This document shows, in pieces, positions 28,210 through 37,356 of a stretch of DNA of 64,000 nt (positions are counted from its first letter, which is position 1; each line of letters begins with the position of its first letter). Origin of the DNA: an uncultured Verrucomicrobiae bacterium (GTDB lineage: Bacteria; Verrucomicrobiota; Verrucomicrobiia; Limisphaerales; Palsa-1400); the NCBI GenBank assembly GCA_963764165.1, contig CAVXRD010000002.1, positions 3,392,001 to 3,456,000 on the forward strand. The letters run 5' to 3'. A program made the translations under genes and the position numbers. Below the pieces are notes generated by a model. That model saw only the letters and a program-made list of their open reading frames with translations. It searched no databases and had not been told where the DNA came from.

Positions 28210-30279
28210 TTAATGTTTCCACTCCGGCTCAAATTCCAAATAAGCGCTGCGCACCCCGCGCATGACTTTCATCTCGACTGCCGATTTGTGGCTTGCGGCA
28301 ATTTTCTCCATCACCTGCCGCAGCGAATCCACGTCTCCCACTGGCTGCTTGTCCACTTCCACCACCAAATCGCCGACATACAAATTGGCCAGCTCGGCCC
28401 AGCTTCCGGGTTTCACCTCTTCAATCAATGCGCCCTGCTGGCTTTTGTCCCATTGCTCCTCGGCGGAATCAAAGAAAGAAACGTTGCGGGCGGTAAATTC
28501 AAATTCGTCGTTGCGATATTTTTTCATTTCGCGGCGCAAGCGCGGCGAACGCTCCAATTCCACGTTGATCTTCATGGGCTTTTGGTCGCGGAGGATTGAA
28601 AGCTCCACCGTTTTGCCAACGTCGTACTGGCGAATCAATGTGGTCAATTCGTCTTCGTGCTCCTGGCCGGAGGCGGTGAGTTTTTCGCCGTCGACAGAGA
28701 GAATAAAATCGCCCGCTTTCAATCCCGCTTTGTCGGCGGTGCTGTCCGCGTAAACGCGGGTGATGTAAAATCCCTTGAGGCTCGGCGTGCCCAATTGCTG
28801 CGCTATTTCGCGGGTGATGACGCGCGTCTCCACCGGCAGCCACGCCTTCGTGACTTCGAGCCCTGGGTCTTTTTCGTCCTGGATGCCGACGCGCACCACC
28901 GCGAGGTATCGGGCCGCGCGCCGCACAAATGTCGCGATCACCGGCACCGGCTCGGGTTTTCCGGCTGACAATTTTTGTGTGAGCGCTTCCAGATCCTCGA
29001 CGGATTTCACGGGGCTGCCATTGACTTCGATCAGCACATCGCCGCGTTCCAGGGAAGGCTTCGCTTCTCCCGCTGGTCCGCCAGGGCGGACACTGCTAAC
29101 CAGAACGCCATCGGTATTTGTTCGTTTCATTTCCATGGCCAGGAGAAACGAAAAATCACGCGCCGTGATTCCCCAGCGTTTCAATTCGCGCTGTTTGGGA
29201 AAAATTTCGCCGCGCTCCCTGGGCGTCATGGAGACGTCCATCTTTTTCCCTTCGCGTTCAATGACGGCCGGAACCGGTTTGCCAATGGGGAGGCTGGACA
29301 CCCGTCCCATGAAATCGGGCATTTGCTCGTCAAAATGAACATCCACCGCTTTGCCATCGAGGCTTGTCAAAATATCGCCCGCCTTGATTCCCGCCTTGGC
29401 GGCTGGAGAATCCTCCCACACGCCGCCGATGAGAATGCCTTTTTTATCATGTTCCTCCTTGAACAGCGCCTGCGGCTCAATCCCGAGCCAGCTTCGCTGC
29501 ACCTTGCCTTTGGCCATTAATTCCCTCGCCACCGCTTTCGCGATGTTGCCCGGAATCGCGCCGGACAAACCGTAGCTGATTTCGTTGATGCCAATGATTT
29601 CGCCGCGGAGATTCACCAGCGGGCCGCCGGAGTTTCCGCCGTAAATCGCGGCATCGTGGCCGATCCAGCGGACAAGTCCGCCGACATCTTCGCCGTCAAG
29701 TTGAAATCGGTTGCCTTCTCCCCAAAAGCGGGGCAGCACCATTTCCGTATTGCTGATGATGCCGAGTGTGACTGATTGCGAAAGCGCCATTGGGCTGCCC
29801 ATGGCCAGGACGGAGTCGCCGACGCGCAGCGTGGCGGAATCGCCGAAACTGGCCGGAGTGAACTCGCGCGGCTTTTCCGGCTTCAATTTAATGACGGAAA
29901 TATCGGTCAACGGATCGGTGCCGATCAATTCCGCTTCAATCTCCTCGCGATTCCACAAGGTGCAAAACATGCGGCTGGCGTGGCCCGCCACATGATGGTT
30001 GGTGATGATGTAGCCGTCCTTGGTGATGATCGCGCCGCTGCCGACTTCCTGCATTTTGACTTCGCGCCCTTCACGGTATTCGGTCGAGACAACGCGGATG
30101 CGGACGAGCGCCTTGCGGACTTTGTCGTTGGCGACATCGATTTGCGCGCGCATGGAGGCAAGAGGCTCCCTGGCCGCAAAACTCGGAGTGGCCGGAGGAA
30201 GCATGGCCAAACCAGCCAGCAGCATCATCGCCGCGCGCCTGGAAAAAACCTCCGGAGCCTTTCTGAAGACAGAACGCAT
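28210..30279 (-). CDS. HtrA/DegP-like serine protease with four PDZ domains
   Basis: GSG.II, TNHHV, TDISV, GNSGGPL; four PDZ-like repeats. Confidence 0.9.
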   Translation of the reverse strand: MRSVFRKAPEVFSRRAAMMLLAGLAMLPPATPSFAAREPLASMRAQIDVANDKVRKALVRIRVVSTEYREGREVKMQEVGSGAIITKDGYIITNHHVAGHASRMFCTLWNREEIEAELIGTDPLTDISVIKLKPEKPREFTPASFGDSATLRVGDSVLAMGSPMALSQSVTLGIISNTEMVLPRFWGEGNRFQLDGEDVGGLVRWIGHDAAIYGGNSGGPLVNLRGEIIGINEISYGLSGAIPGNIAKAVARELMAKGKVQRSWLGIEPQALFKEEHDKKGILIGGVWEDSPAAKAGIKAGDILTSLDGKAVDVHFDEQMPDFMGRVSSLPIGKPVPAVIEREGKKMDVSMTPRERGEIFPKQRELKRWGITARDFSFLLAMEMKRTNTDGVLVSSVRPGGPAGEAKPSLERGDVLIEVNGSPVKSVEDLEALTQKLSAGKPEPVPVIATFVRRAARYLAVVRVGIQDEKDPGLEVTKAWLPVETRVITREIAQQLGTPSLKGFYITRVYADSTADKAGLKAGDFILSVDGEKLTASGQEHEDELTTLIRQYDVGKTVELSILRDQKPMKINVELERSPRLRREMKKYRNDEFEFTARNVSFFDSAEEQWDKSQQGALIEEVKPGSWAELANLYVGDLVVEVDKQPVGDVDSLRQVMEKIAASHKSAVEMKVMRGVRSAYLEFEPEWKH

Positions 30280-30348
30280 GACTATGTTCTACCTTCAAAT
30301 CCCCATTCTTCAACCCCTAAAACCACAGATTCCCAGAAGGGATGGAGA

Positions 30349-30495
30349 GCCACAGATGAACACAGATCAACACAGATAAAAAATTTCCGCGCGCGATTTG
30401 GCCGGAACGTGCGCCGGTCGCACGCAACAAGCGGTCATGATCCGTCAAACAAACGTCTTGTCAGTCATCTGTGTTGATCGGTCCCAATCTGTGGC
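30349..30495. repeat. 10-bp-periodic inverted repeat (CACAGAT ladder)
   Basis: CACAGATGAA CACAGATCAA CACAGATAAA ... ATCTGTGTTG ATCGGTCCCA ATCTGTGGC. Confidence 0.7.
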
Positions 30496-30507
30496 CGCAC
30501 TCAGAGT

Positions 30508-31371
30508 TCAGCGTTCTCCGGATCCGCCGCCCTTGGGATCCCATGGCGACCACCAAAGCAGGGTGCGGCCGGAGGCGTAAGGAGTGTTTGCCTGGAGAGC
30601 GAAAAGTTTTGCCGTCAGAAAATCCACATGCCCATCAAAGGCGACGATGTTGCCGCCATCCTTGCTGTGCAGCCGGCCGATGCCTTCGGTGCCGTAGGGA
30701 GGAGCATCGGGATAATTTGAGCTGTCGTTCCACTCTCCAGCGCCTTCACCCACACCTTCCGTCCCGTTGGAATTGAGGTATTCGTCAGGCTCCCACAGAA
30801 GGTAGCAGAGAGGCGTCCAAATCGTGCTGACCTTGGGAGTTGTGGCCGAGTCTGCATCGTTAACGACGACGCCGTTCATCACGTAGGTGCTCAGCATATT
30901 GTTGCGCTGGTTTTTCAAGTAGTCCTGGCTGTTGGCAATGTCGGTAGGACACAGGAACGACTTGGCATTTTTCATATACGGATAATAAAGGCCATTGTAG
31001 GACGTGGCCTCGCTTTCGTTTTTGAACGGGACGTTGCGCGGGTCAGGTATTCCCGTCCCGTTGCCGCCTCCCGCTGTGGCGTTGGGATTATACAGCCAAC
31101 CCGCAGGCGAGCCGACGGTGCCGCCATCCCAGCCGGGCTGAGCCATGTAGTCCCGGCTGTCGTCCGAATACATGCGTTGAGTGATGCCAAGCTGTTTCAG
31201 ATTTCCGGTGCATTGCGTCCTCTGGGCGTTGGCTTTTGCGCTGGCTAGCGCGGGCAGGAGCAAGGCGGCCAAAATGGCGATGATGGCGATGACGACCAGC
31301 AGCTCAATCAATGTAAAACCTGCGCAGTCGGCATTTGTCCGACTTGCCTTGCCAGGATATTTCGAATTCAT
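30508..31371 (-). CDS. Prepilin-type N-methylation / DUF1559-like protein with H-X9-DG-like tail
   Basis: [38 protein letters not shown]. Confidence 0.9.
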   Translation of the reverse strand: MNSKYPGKASRTNADCAGFTLIELLVVIAIIAILAALLLPALASAKANAQRTQCTGNLKQLGITQRMYSDDSRDYMAQPGWDGGTVGSPAGWLYNPNATAGGGNGTGIPDPRNVPFKNESEATSYNGLYYPYMKNAKSFLCPTDIANSQDYLKNQRNNMLSTYVMNGVVVNDADSATTPKVSTIWTPLCYLLWEPDEYLNSNGTEGVGEGAGEWNDSSNYPDAPPYGTEGIGRLHSKDGGNIVAFDGHVDFLTAKLFALQANTPYASGRTLLWWSPWDPKGGGSGER

Positions 31372-31572
31372 GCGCTTAACCTTATTTGCTCCGCGCGGTG
31401 TGAATAGGCGGTTTGACGCTCGGCTGCATTCTGCTGTACAGGCGTACAGGAATCCCTGCGCATCGCGCGGATGTCATTTGTTTTCGGGAGTATGGAGCCT
31501 GGAGCCGTTTCTGTCTACTCCTAAATCCTGTAGTTCATAGATCCATTTCCGTCGCTTTCATCCAACGCGGCG

Positions 31573-34473
31573 TCATCGAACTCTTAGGTGCTCTCGCAAT
31601 GCTTTACCAGTATGCGACTGGGCGCATGTGGCGACGGTTTCCGGCGTGCCAGCGACGAGCAGACGGCCGCCTTGATGTCCGCCTTCAGGGCCCAGGTCGA
31701 GGACCCAATCCGCGCATTTGATGACGTCGAGGTTGTGTTCGATCACCAGCACAGAGTGGCCCGCCTCGACAAGGCGCTGGAGGCAATCGAGCAGGCGTTG
31801 GATGTCGGCGAAGTGCAGGCCAGTCGTGGGTTCGTCGAGAATGTAGAGGTTGTGGCGGCCGCGCCGCATCTTGCCCAGCTCGGCGGCGAGCTTCACGCGC
31901 TGGGCTTCGCCGCCGGAAAGAATTGTCGCCGCGTGGCCAAGTTCCAAATACCCCAGACCGAGTTCGTGGAGGACTTCGAGCTTTCGCACAATCTGCCGCT
32001 GATCCTTAAAGAAGCTGACGCATCCCTCGATGGAAAGCTTTAACACTTCCGCGATGTTTCGGCCTTGCCATGTGACTTCCAGTGTTTCGTCCCGGTAGCG
32101 CCGACCCTTGCATGCGGGGCAGGTCACCTCAACGTCGGGCATGAACGAAAGCTGCGTCACGATGGTGCCATCGCCGGCGCATTCTTCGCACCGGCCGCCT
32201 TTCACATTGAAGCTGAAGGTGGCTGGACCGAAACCGCGCTTTTTTGCCTCGTCGGTTTGAGCGAATAATTCACGAATGGCGTCGTAAATGCCAACGTAGG
32301 TCGCGGGATTGGAGCGCGGCGAACGCCCAATCGGCGATTGATCGATGTCGATTACGTCGTCGATGGCTTCGTGGCCTTCCAACGCATCGTGCGCTCCCGC
32401 AAGGATTCGGCTGTCGTACCGAAGAGATGCCAGTTTTTTGTAAACGATTTCATGGACCAGCGAGCTTTTTCCCGAACCTGAGGCGCCGGTCACACAGACG
32501 AGGATGCCGAGCGGGACATCCACGTCGATGTTCTGCAAGTTGTTCTGTCGCGCGCCGCGGACTCGCAGGGGGTTCGCATTTGGCGCGCGGCGCTTCGCTG
32601 GAATTTCAATTTTCTTGTCGCCGCGAAGGTAAGCGCCGGTAAGCGACTTGGGATCGCCGAGCGCTTTCGCGGGCGGCCCATGCGCAACCAACTCTCCTCC
32701 GTGAACACCCGGCCCCGGCCCGATCTCGATGAGCCAATCCGCGGCGCGAATTGTCTCTTCGTCGTGTTCCACCACGACCACCGTGTTTCCCAAATCGCGA
32801 AGCCTTTCGAGCGTCGCGATCATTTTCACGTTGTCTTTCGGGTGCAGGCCGATGCTTGGTTCGTCCAGCACGTAGAGCATCCCCATGAGTCCCGAGCCAA
32901 TTTGTGTCGAGAGGCGAATGCGCTGAGATTCCCCTCCTGACAATGTGCCCGAGCGGCGATTTAAATTGAGATAGTCGAGCCCAATTCCAATCAGCAACTC
33001 GACGCGGCCTCCGATCTCCTGCAGAACTGTCGCAGCGACGGCAGTCTTATCCGCGCGAAGATCCAGCGACGCCAGCCACTTCTGCAGCTCGCGCAAATGC
33101 AGATCGCCTGCCTCGGGCAGCGTCTTTGCGCCGACCCGCACAAGGCTTCGCGTTTTGCGCAGGCGCGCGCCGCCGCAGTCCGGGCAGTCGTAATCCACCA
33201 TGACCTTTTGCAGGTACTCCTCCATGCCGTCGCGGCTGCTCCCCTGCTTTTGATACCAGCGGTAGTTTCTCTCGATCTGAGGAATGATTCCCTGGAACGA
33301 CATCTTTTTGCCCGCGTGCTGTTCGCCTTGCCGCGCGCCGGGTGGCAATAAAATCTCGATTTTCTCGCTTTTGCTTCCGTAAAAAATCAAGTCTTTGACG
33401 GACTTTGGCAAATCGGAAAATGGCGCATCGAGGCGGAAGCCAAAATGTTTCGCGAGGCTGTAAAGCCATCGGCCGCCCCACGCATTTTTGTCGTGATTGA
33501 ACGCTTCCTTCACAATCGCGCCATCGCCCAAACTTCGGCTGGGATCAGGCACGAGGAGCGTGGGATGCACGCGCTTCGATGTTCCCAGGCCCGCGCAAGT
33601 GCGGCACGCGCCAGCAGGATCATTGAACGTAAAATTGCCGTGGTGCAGCGTGGTGGAAATGAGGTGATGTTCCGCGCAGCCGAAATCTTTCCAGAACTTT
33701 TTCAGTTGAGGGCCGGAAAGCCCTTCCGCATGAAATGAGAAGAATCCGTCGCCGACTTTGGAGCCGTGCTCAATGGCGGCGAGCACATGGCGATCAATTC
33801 CCGGCCCAACGACGAACCTGTCAAGGATTGCTTCGATGAAGGGATGCTCGTCCTCGCCTAATTCGAAGTTGCTTCCCAGGTCCCGCTCCACGCCATCGAC
33901 GCGCACGCGGCGATAGCCTTGCAAGCGCACCTGCTCGAATGCGTATTCCCAGCTCTCGCCGTAAATCTCGAACACCGGCGCGCGCAGTTCCACCCCTGTG
34001 CCGGGCGGCAATTGCAAGAGGCGCTCAAGCATTTGCCGCGGCGAACGCGTCGCCACCGCTTCCTGGCAGCGCGGGCAATGCGGCGTCCCCAGCGTCGCGT
34101 AGAGCATGCGCAGGTAATCCCAAAGATCGGTCATGGTGCCTATGGTCGAGCGCGGATTGCTGCCGACGGTTTTCTGGTCGATTGAAATGACGGGCGACAA
34201 GCCATGCACGAAATCGACATCCGGCTTGCGCAATTGATTCACGAACCGCTTGGCGTAAGCGGACATCGAGGCCAGCAAACGCCGCTGGCCTTCCGCATAA
34301 AGTGTATCGAAGGCCAATGAAGATTTGCCGGAACCGGAAACGCCGGTGATGACCACCAGCTTGTTCCGTGGGAATTCCACTGTGATGTTGCGGAGATTAT
34401 TTTCCCGCGCGCCCTGAATCAGGAGCGTCGAGCGCATCGCGTCATTTTGCGCCTGTTTCGCCTTGACCGTCAC
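31573..34473 (-). CDS. uvrA: Excinuclease ABC subunit A (divergent UvrA paralogue)
   Basis: [29 protein letters not shown], two LSGGE cassettes, Cys zinc sites. Confidence 0.92.
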   Translation of the reverse strand: MTVKAKQAQNDAMRSTLLIQGARENNLRNITVEFPRNKLVVITGVSGSGKSSLAFDTLYAEGQRRLLASMSAYAKRFVNQLRKPDVDFVHGLSPVISIDQKTVGSNPRSTIGTMTDLWDYLRMLYATLGTPHCPRCQEAVATRSPRQMLERLLQLPPGTGVELRAPVFEIYGESWEYAFEQVRLQGYRRVRVDGVERDLGSNFELGEDEHPFIEAILDRFVVGPGIDRHVLAAIEHGSKVGDGFFSFHAEGLSGPQLKKFWKDFGCAEHHLISTTLHHGNFTFNDPAGACRTCAGLGTSKRVHPTLLVPDPSRSLGDGAIVKEAFNHDKNAWGGRWLYSLAKHFGFRLDAPFSDLPKSVKDLIFYGSKSEKIEILLPPGARQGEQHAGKKMSFQGIIPQIERNYRWYQKQGSSRDGMEEYLQKVMVDYDCPDCGGARLRKTRSLVRVGAKTLPEAGDLHLRELQKWLASLDLRADKTAVAATVLQEIGGRVELLIGIGLDYLNLNRRSGTLSGGESQRIRLSTQIGSGLMGMLYVLDEPSIGLHPKDNVKMIATLERLRDLGNTVVVVEHDEETIRAADWLIEIGPGPGVHGGELVAHGPPAKALGDPKSLTGAYLRGDKKIEIPAKRRAPNANPLRVRGARQNNLQNIDVDVPLGILVCVTGASGSGKSSLVHEIVYKKLASLRYDSRILAGAHDALEGHEAIDDVIDIDQSPIGRSPRSNPATYVGIYDAIRELFAQTDEAKKRGFGPATFSFNVKGGRCEECAGDGTIVTQLSFMPDVEVTCPACKGRRYRDETLEVTWQGRNIAEVLKLSIEGCVSFFKDQRQIVRKLEVLHELGLGYLELGHAATILSGGEAQRVKLAAELGKMRRGRHNLYILDEPTTGLHFADIQRLLDCLQRLVEAGHSVLVIEHNLDVIKCADWVLDLGPEGGHQGGRLLVAGTPETVATCAQSHTGKALREHLRVR

Positions 34474-35417
34474 TCTTCCTCCCAGACATAAGCCGGCTCC
34501 TCCACTTCAACCCGGCTTAGCTTGGTCAGCGTGAATGGCGCGGAGAATTTTCCAATGCGCCCGCGTTTCTCGAGCCATTCACAGGCCGATTCCAAATGCC
34601 AGGGGAACAATTGCGAATGCGCGAAGAAGTCCGACAGTTCGCTTAATGGCACCAGCCGCCTCTCCTTCTTCAGGTAGCGCAACGCTGGCTGCAATCGGGC
34701 TTCCGCGTGCTTTTCCAAGTACGCCTCGAAGCCCGCCAATTTCTTTTTGAGCTTTGGCGCTGTTCGCGCGCCCTTCAGCAAATCGGCATAAAGGTCTTTC
34801 ATCACCGCCGGCGCCAGTTGCAGCGCCCGATGAATCATCAATCCCTCGTAAACTTCACCGGAAGCAATGACTTCGGCCGCCGCCACGCAATGCGCGCAGC
34901 CGAGCAATTCCTGGAACGCAAGCTCAAGGTCTTTCTCATCCTCAATCAAGCGCTTGGCGTGGCGATGCGAATGAATCAGCCACGTCGTCGCAATGCACAG
35001 CTCGCGCTCCTGATCTTTGCGCGCCAGCGTGTCGGCTTCCTCAAACCATTTCGCGAGCGAGGTATCGCTGCTGTAAACTAATTTTCGGCGCGCGAAAAAG
35101 CTGAAGCGAAACGCAGTCCGCGCGGAACCCTCAACCATCCGCTTGAATCGTGTGCGCGGAATCAATTCCACATGAAGATTCACGCCTTCCTCGACAAGGG
35201 TGCGGAAAATGCGCGGGTCCTCGCCATCGGCGCGAAGCCGCTTGGTCACGCCGTCCTTTTCGATAAGCCAAAGAGAAATTGCGTCCTTCCGCCAAATCGT
35301 TTCATCGGTCAAACTGCCGACCAGCACCGCCGCCAATACGTTGGGATCTTTCCGGACGCGTTCCAGAAAGAGGGCCAGCGCCGCGTCGAAGCGCTTCAAT
35401 TTTTCGGTGCGATTCAT
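34470..35417 (-). CDS. YgxA-like degenerate nucleotidyltransferase-fold protein
   Basis: VLAAVLVGS..., helical middle, C-terminal wHTH-like (LSEL...CEWL...G.I); overlaps uvrA start by 4 nt. Confidence 0.55.
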   Translation of the reverse strand: MNRTEKLKRFDAALALFLERVRKDPNVLAAVLVGSLTDETIWRKDAISLWLIEKDGVTKRLRADGEDPRIFRTLVEEGVNLHVELIPRTRFKRMVEGSARTAFRFSFFARRKLVYSSDTSLAKWFEEADTLARKDQERELCIATTWLIHSHRHAKRLIEDEKDLELAFQELLGCAHCVAAAEVIASGEVYEGLMIHRALQLAPAVMKDLYADLLKGARTAPKLKKKLAGFEAYLEKHAEARLQPALRYLKKERRLVPLSELSDFFAHSQLFPWHLESACEWLEKRGRIGKFSAPFTLTKLSRVEVEEPAYVWEEE

Positions 35418-35629
35418 CGCATTCACAGAACTGATTTTAAGTGATTTGTAAAGAAAAGATGGAGACCGCAAAAAAAGGCAGGGACGCCTCGCCGAGGCGT
35501 CCGGGGATGTGGCGGTTTGCAGGCGTATAACTTCACTCAAAGATTTGGGCAGGCCAACAGACTTTTCCTCTGGAGCCTTTGAAAAGAAGATCACGCTTGT
35601 AAAATGCCGCAGCCTCGGACGCCTCGGCG

Positions 35630-37312
35630 GAGATTGTCTCAAAACTTCTGTTTTTTGAGGAATGTATTTGACAATATGTGAGCCTTTAGTTGACAATGCC
35701 GTTCAACAAATATGGCTCAACCGATTGCCCCTGATTACGGACAGCAGTTCCTCCTCCCGCCCGCCCTGGAGGACTGGGTGTCCGCCGACCATCCCGCCCG
35801 CTTCCTGCGCGAATTTGTCGACCAGTTGGATCTGCCCCAGCTTGGGTTTGTCATTCCCGCCGCCGCCGAAGGCCGTCCGCCCTATGCCCCCAGCCTCCTG
35901 CTCAAGATTTGGCTTTACGGTTATTTCCACCGCATTCGCTCCACCCGCAAGCTGGAAACCGCCTGCACGGAGCATGTCTCGCTGCTGTGGCTGACGGGGC
36001 TCAACGCCCCCGACCACAACAGCCTCTGGCGGTTCTGGGACGGAAACAAAAAGGCCCTGCGCCAGGTTTTCAAGCAAACCGTGCAGCTGGCCCTCCGCAC
36101 CGGGGCGGTGGGATTTGCCTTGCAAGCGTTGGACGGCACCAAGATTCAAGCCGCCTGCAGCGGGCCGCAGGGCTGGAGCAAGGTTTACATGGAGAAGCTC
36201 CTGGCCCAGCTGGATGGCGCCTTGGAGGAAATCGAGCTCAAAGTCGTGGCGGAGAACCAGGATTCCAGCGCACCGGGCTGCCGGCTGCCCGCCGGGTTGG
36301 CCCAGCGCCAGGCCCTGCGCGAGGAAATCAAAAAAGGCCTGGCCCAGCTGCAGGCCGACGGGCGCCACCATTACCATCCAGCCGAACCGGAGGCGCGCCG
36401 GATGAAAGTCGGCGACACCAACCGCTTTGCCTACAACGCCCAGGCGGTGGCCGACAGCCAGGAGGGCATCATGGTCGCCTGTCAAGCCACCCGCCAGGAA
36501 ACCGACGCCGGCCAGCTGGTCCCCATGATTGAAGAAGCGAGGCAAAACCTCGGTCCGGCGGCCATTCCAACCCTCACCGCCGCCGACGCCGGCTATGGGG
36601 GCGGGGCCGACTTGAAAGCGGCCGTGGAACAGCAGATGAATGTGCTGGCCCCGCCGGCGGAGGGCAAGCCAGCCCACGACAACGCCTACGCGACGCAGCA
36701 TTTTCATTATGACGAGGCGGCCCACACCGTCACCTGCCCGCAAGAGCGCCTTCTGGACCACGAAGGCCAGACCACCAAGAAAGGCCAGACCGTTGAGCGC
36801 TTCCGCTGCCATCACCGAGACTGTCCCGTGCGCGCCCTCTGCAGCCGCGATCCCAAAGGGCGGCAAGTCGAAGTGTGGCCGCACACCACGCTGGTGCAAG
36901 CCATGCGGGCCCGGCTGCAAGAGCCAGGACCCGCCGCGCTTTATGGAAAGCGCAAAGAGATCATCGAACGCCGGTTTGGGCAGCTCAAGCAACACGACGG
37001 CTTTCGGCGTTGGACAGTTTGGGGTCTGGAAGCCGTGCAAGCCCAATGGGCCTTGTTATGCGCCACCTTGAACCTGCGAATCCTCTATAAAAAGTGGCAG
37101 GCCCGGGTCCAGACGCCGAAAATGGAAGTCAAAACCGCCGCGGTTGAAGGAAATTTGGCGATGGCGGCCTAAAAAAGGAGGGAAAGGGAAGCTTGGCGTC
37201 ATCGCTGACGCCAGCCACGCTCTGACAACTAAAAGTTGACACCCGTTTCCACAGCCCCTATTGGTGCCCATATAACCAGATCGGCCAGACTAAAACGTTT
37301 TGAGACAGTCTC
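35630..37312 (+). mobile_element. IS1182-family insertion sequence (1683 bp), 4-bp TSD GGCG
   Basis: TIRs GAGATTGTCTCAAAAC / GTTTTGAGACAGTCTC; GGCG at 35626-29 and 37313-16. Confidence 0.92.
35712..37172 (+). CDS. IS1182 transposase
   Basis: QQFLLPP.L.DW...HP, GRPPY.P, PDH, LDGTK, YNAQ, ADAGY, Y.KRK..IER.FG.LK. Confidence 0.95.
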   Translation: MAQPIAPDYGQQFLLPPALEDWVSADHPARFLREFVDQLDLPQLGFVIPAAAEGRPPYAPSLLLKIWLYGYFHRIRSTRKLETACTEHVSLLWLTGLNAPDHNSLWRFWDGNKKALRQVFKQTVQLALRTGAVGFALQALDGTKIQAACSGPQGWSKVYMEKLLAQLDGALEEIELKVVAENQDSSAPGCRLPAGLAQRQALREEIKKGLAQLQADGRHHYHPAEPEARRMKVGDTNRFAYNAQAVADSQEGIMVACQATRQETDAGQLVPMIEEARQNLGPAAIPTLTAADAGYGGGADLKAAVEQQMNVLAPPAEGKPAHDNAYATQHFHYDEAAHTVTCPQERLLDHEGQTTKKGQTVERFRCHHRDCPVRALCSRDPKGRQVEVWPHTTLVQAMRARLQEPGPAALYGKRKEIIERRFGQLKQHDGFRRWTVWGLEAVQAQWALLCATLNLRILYKKWQARVQTPKMEVKTAAVEGNLAMAA

Positions 37313-37356
37313 GGCGAGGCGTCCCTACCTCGCTTCGCGACTGAGAGGCATTCGAT

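Larger units (their letters stand above)
35477..37329. repeat. REPIN-like element, family B, interrupted by IS1182
   Basis: GGCAGGGACGCCTCGCCGAGGCGTCC...GGACGCCTCGGCG[IS]GGCGAGGCGTCCCTACC; homologous end to end to 56993-57156. Confidence 0.85.

Noticed and set aside
30349..30495. CRISPR array (also 63844-63916)
   Set aside because: Units of 9-10 bp in inverted arrangement, no spacers, no cas genes
31434..31450. GTACAGG direct repeat as an operator
   Set aside because: Too short, single instance, no cognate regulator nearby
35418..35476. LexA box upstream of the uvrA unit
   Set aside because: No TGTTC-N4-GAACA-like palindrome visible
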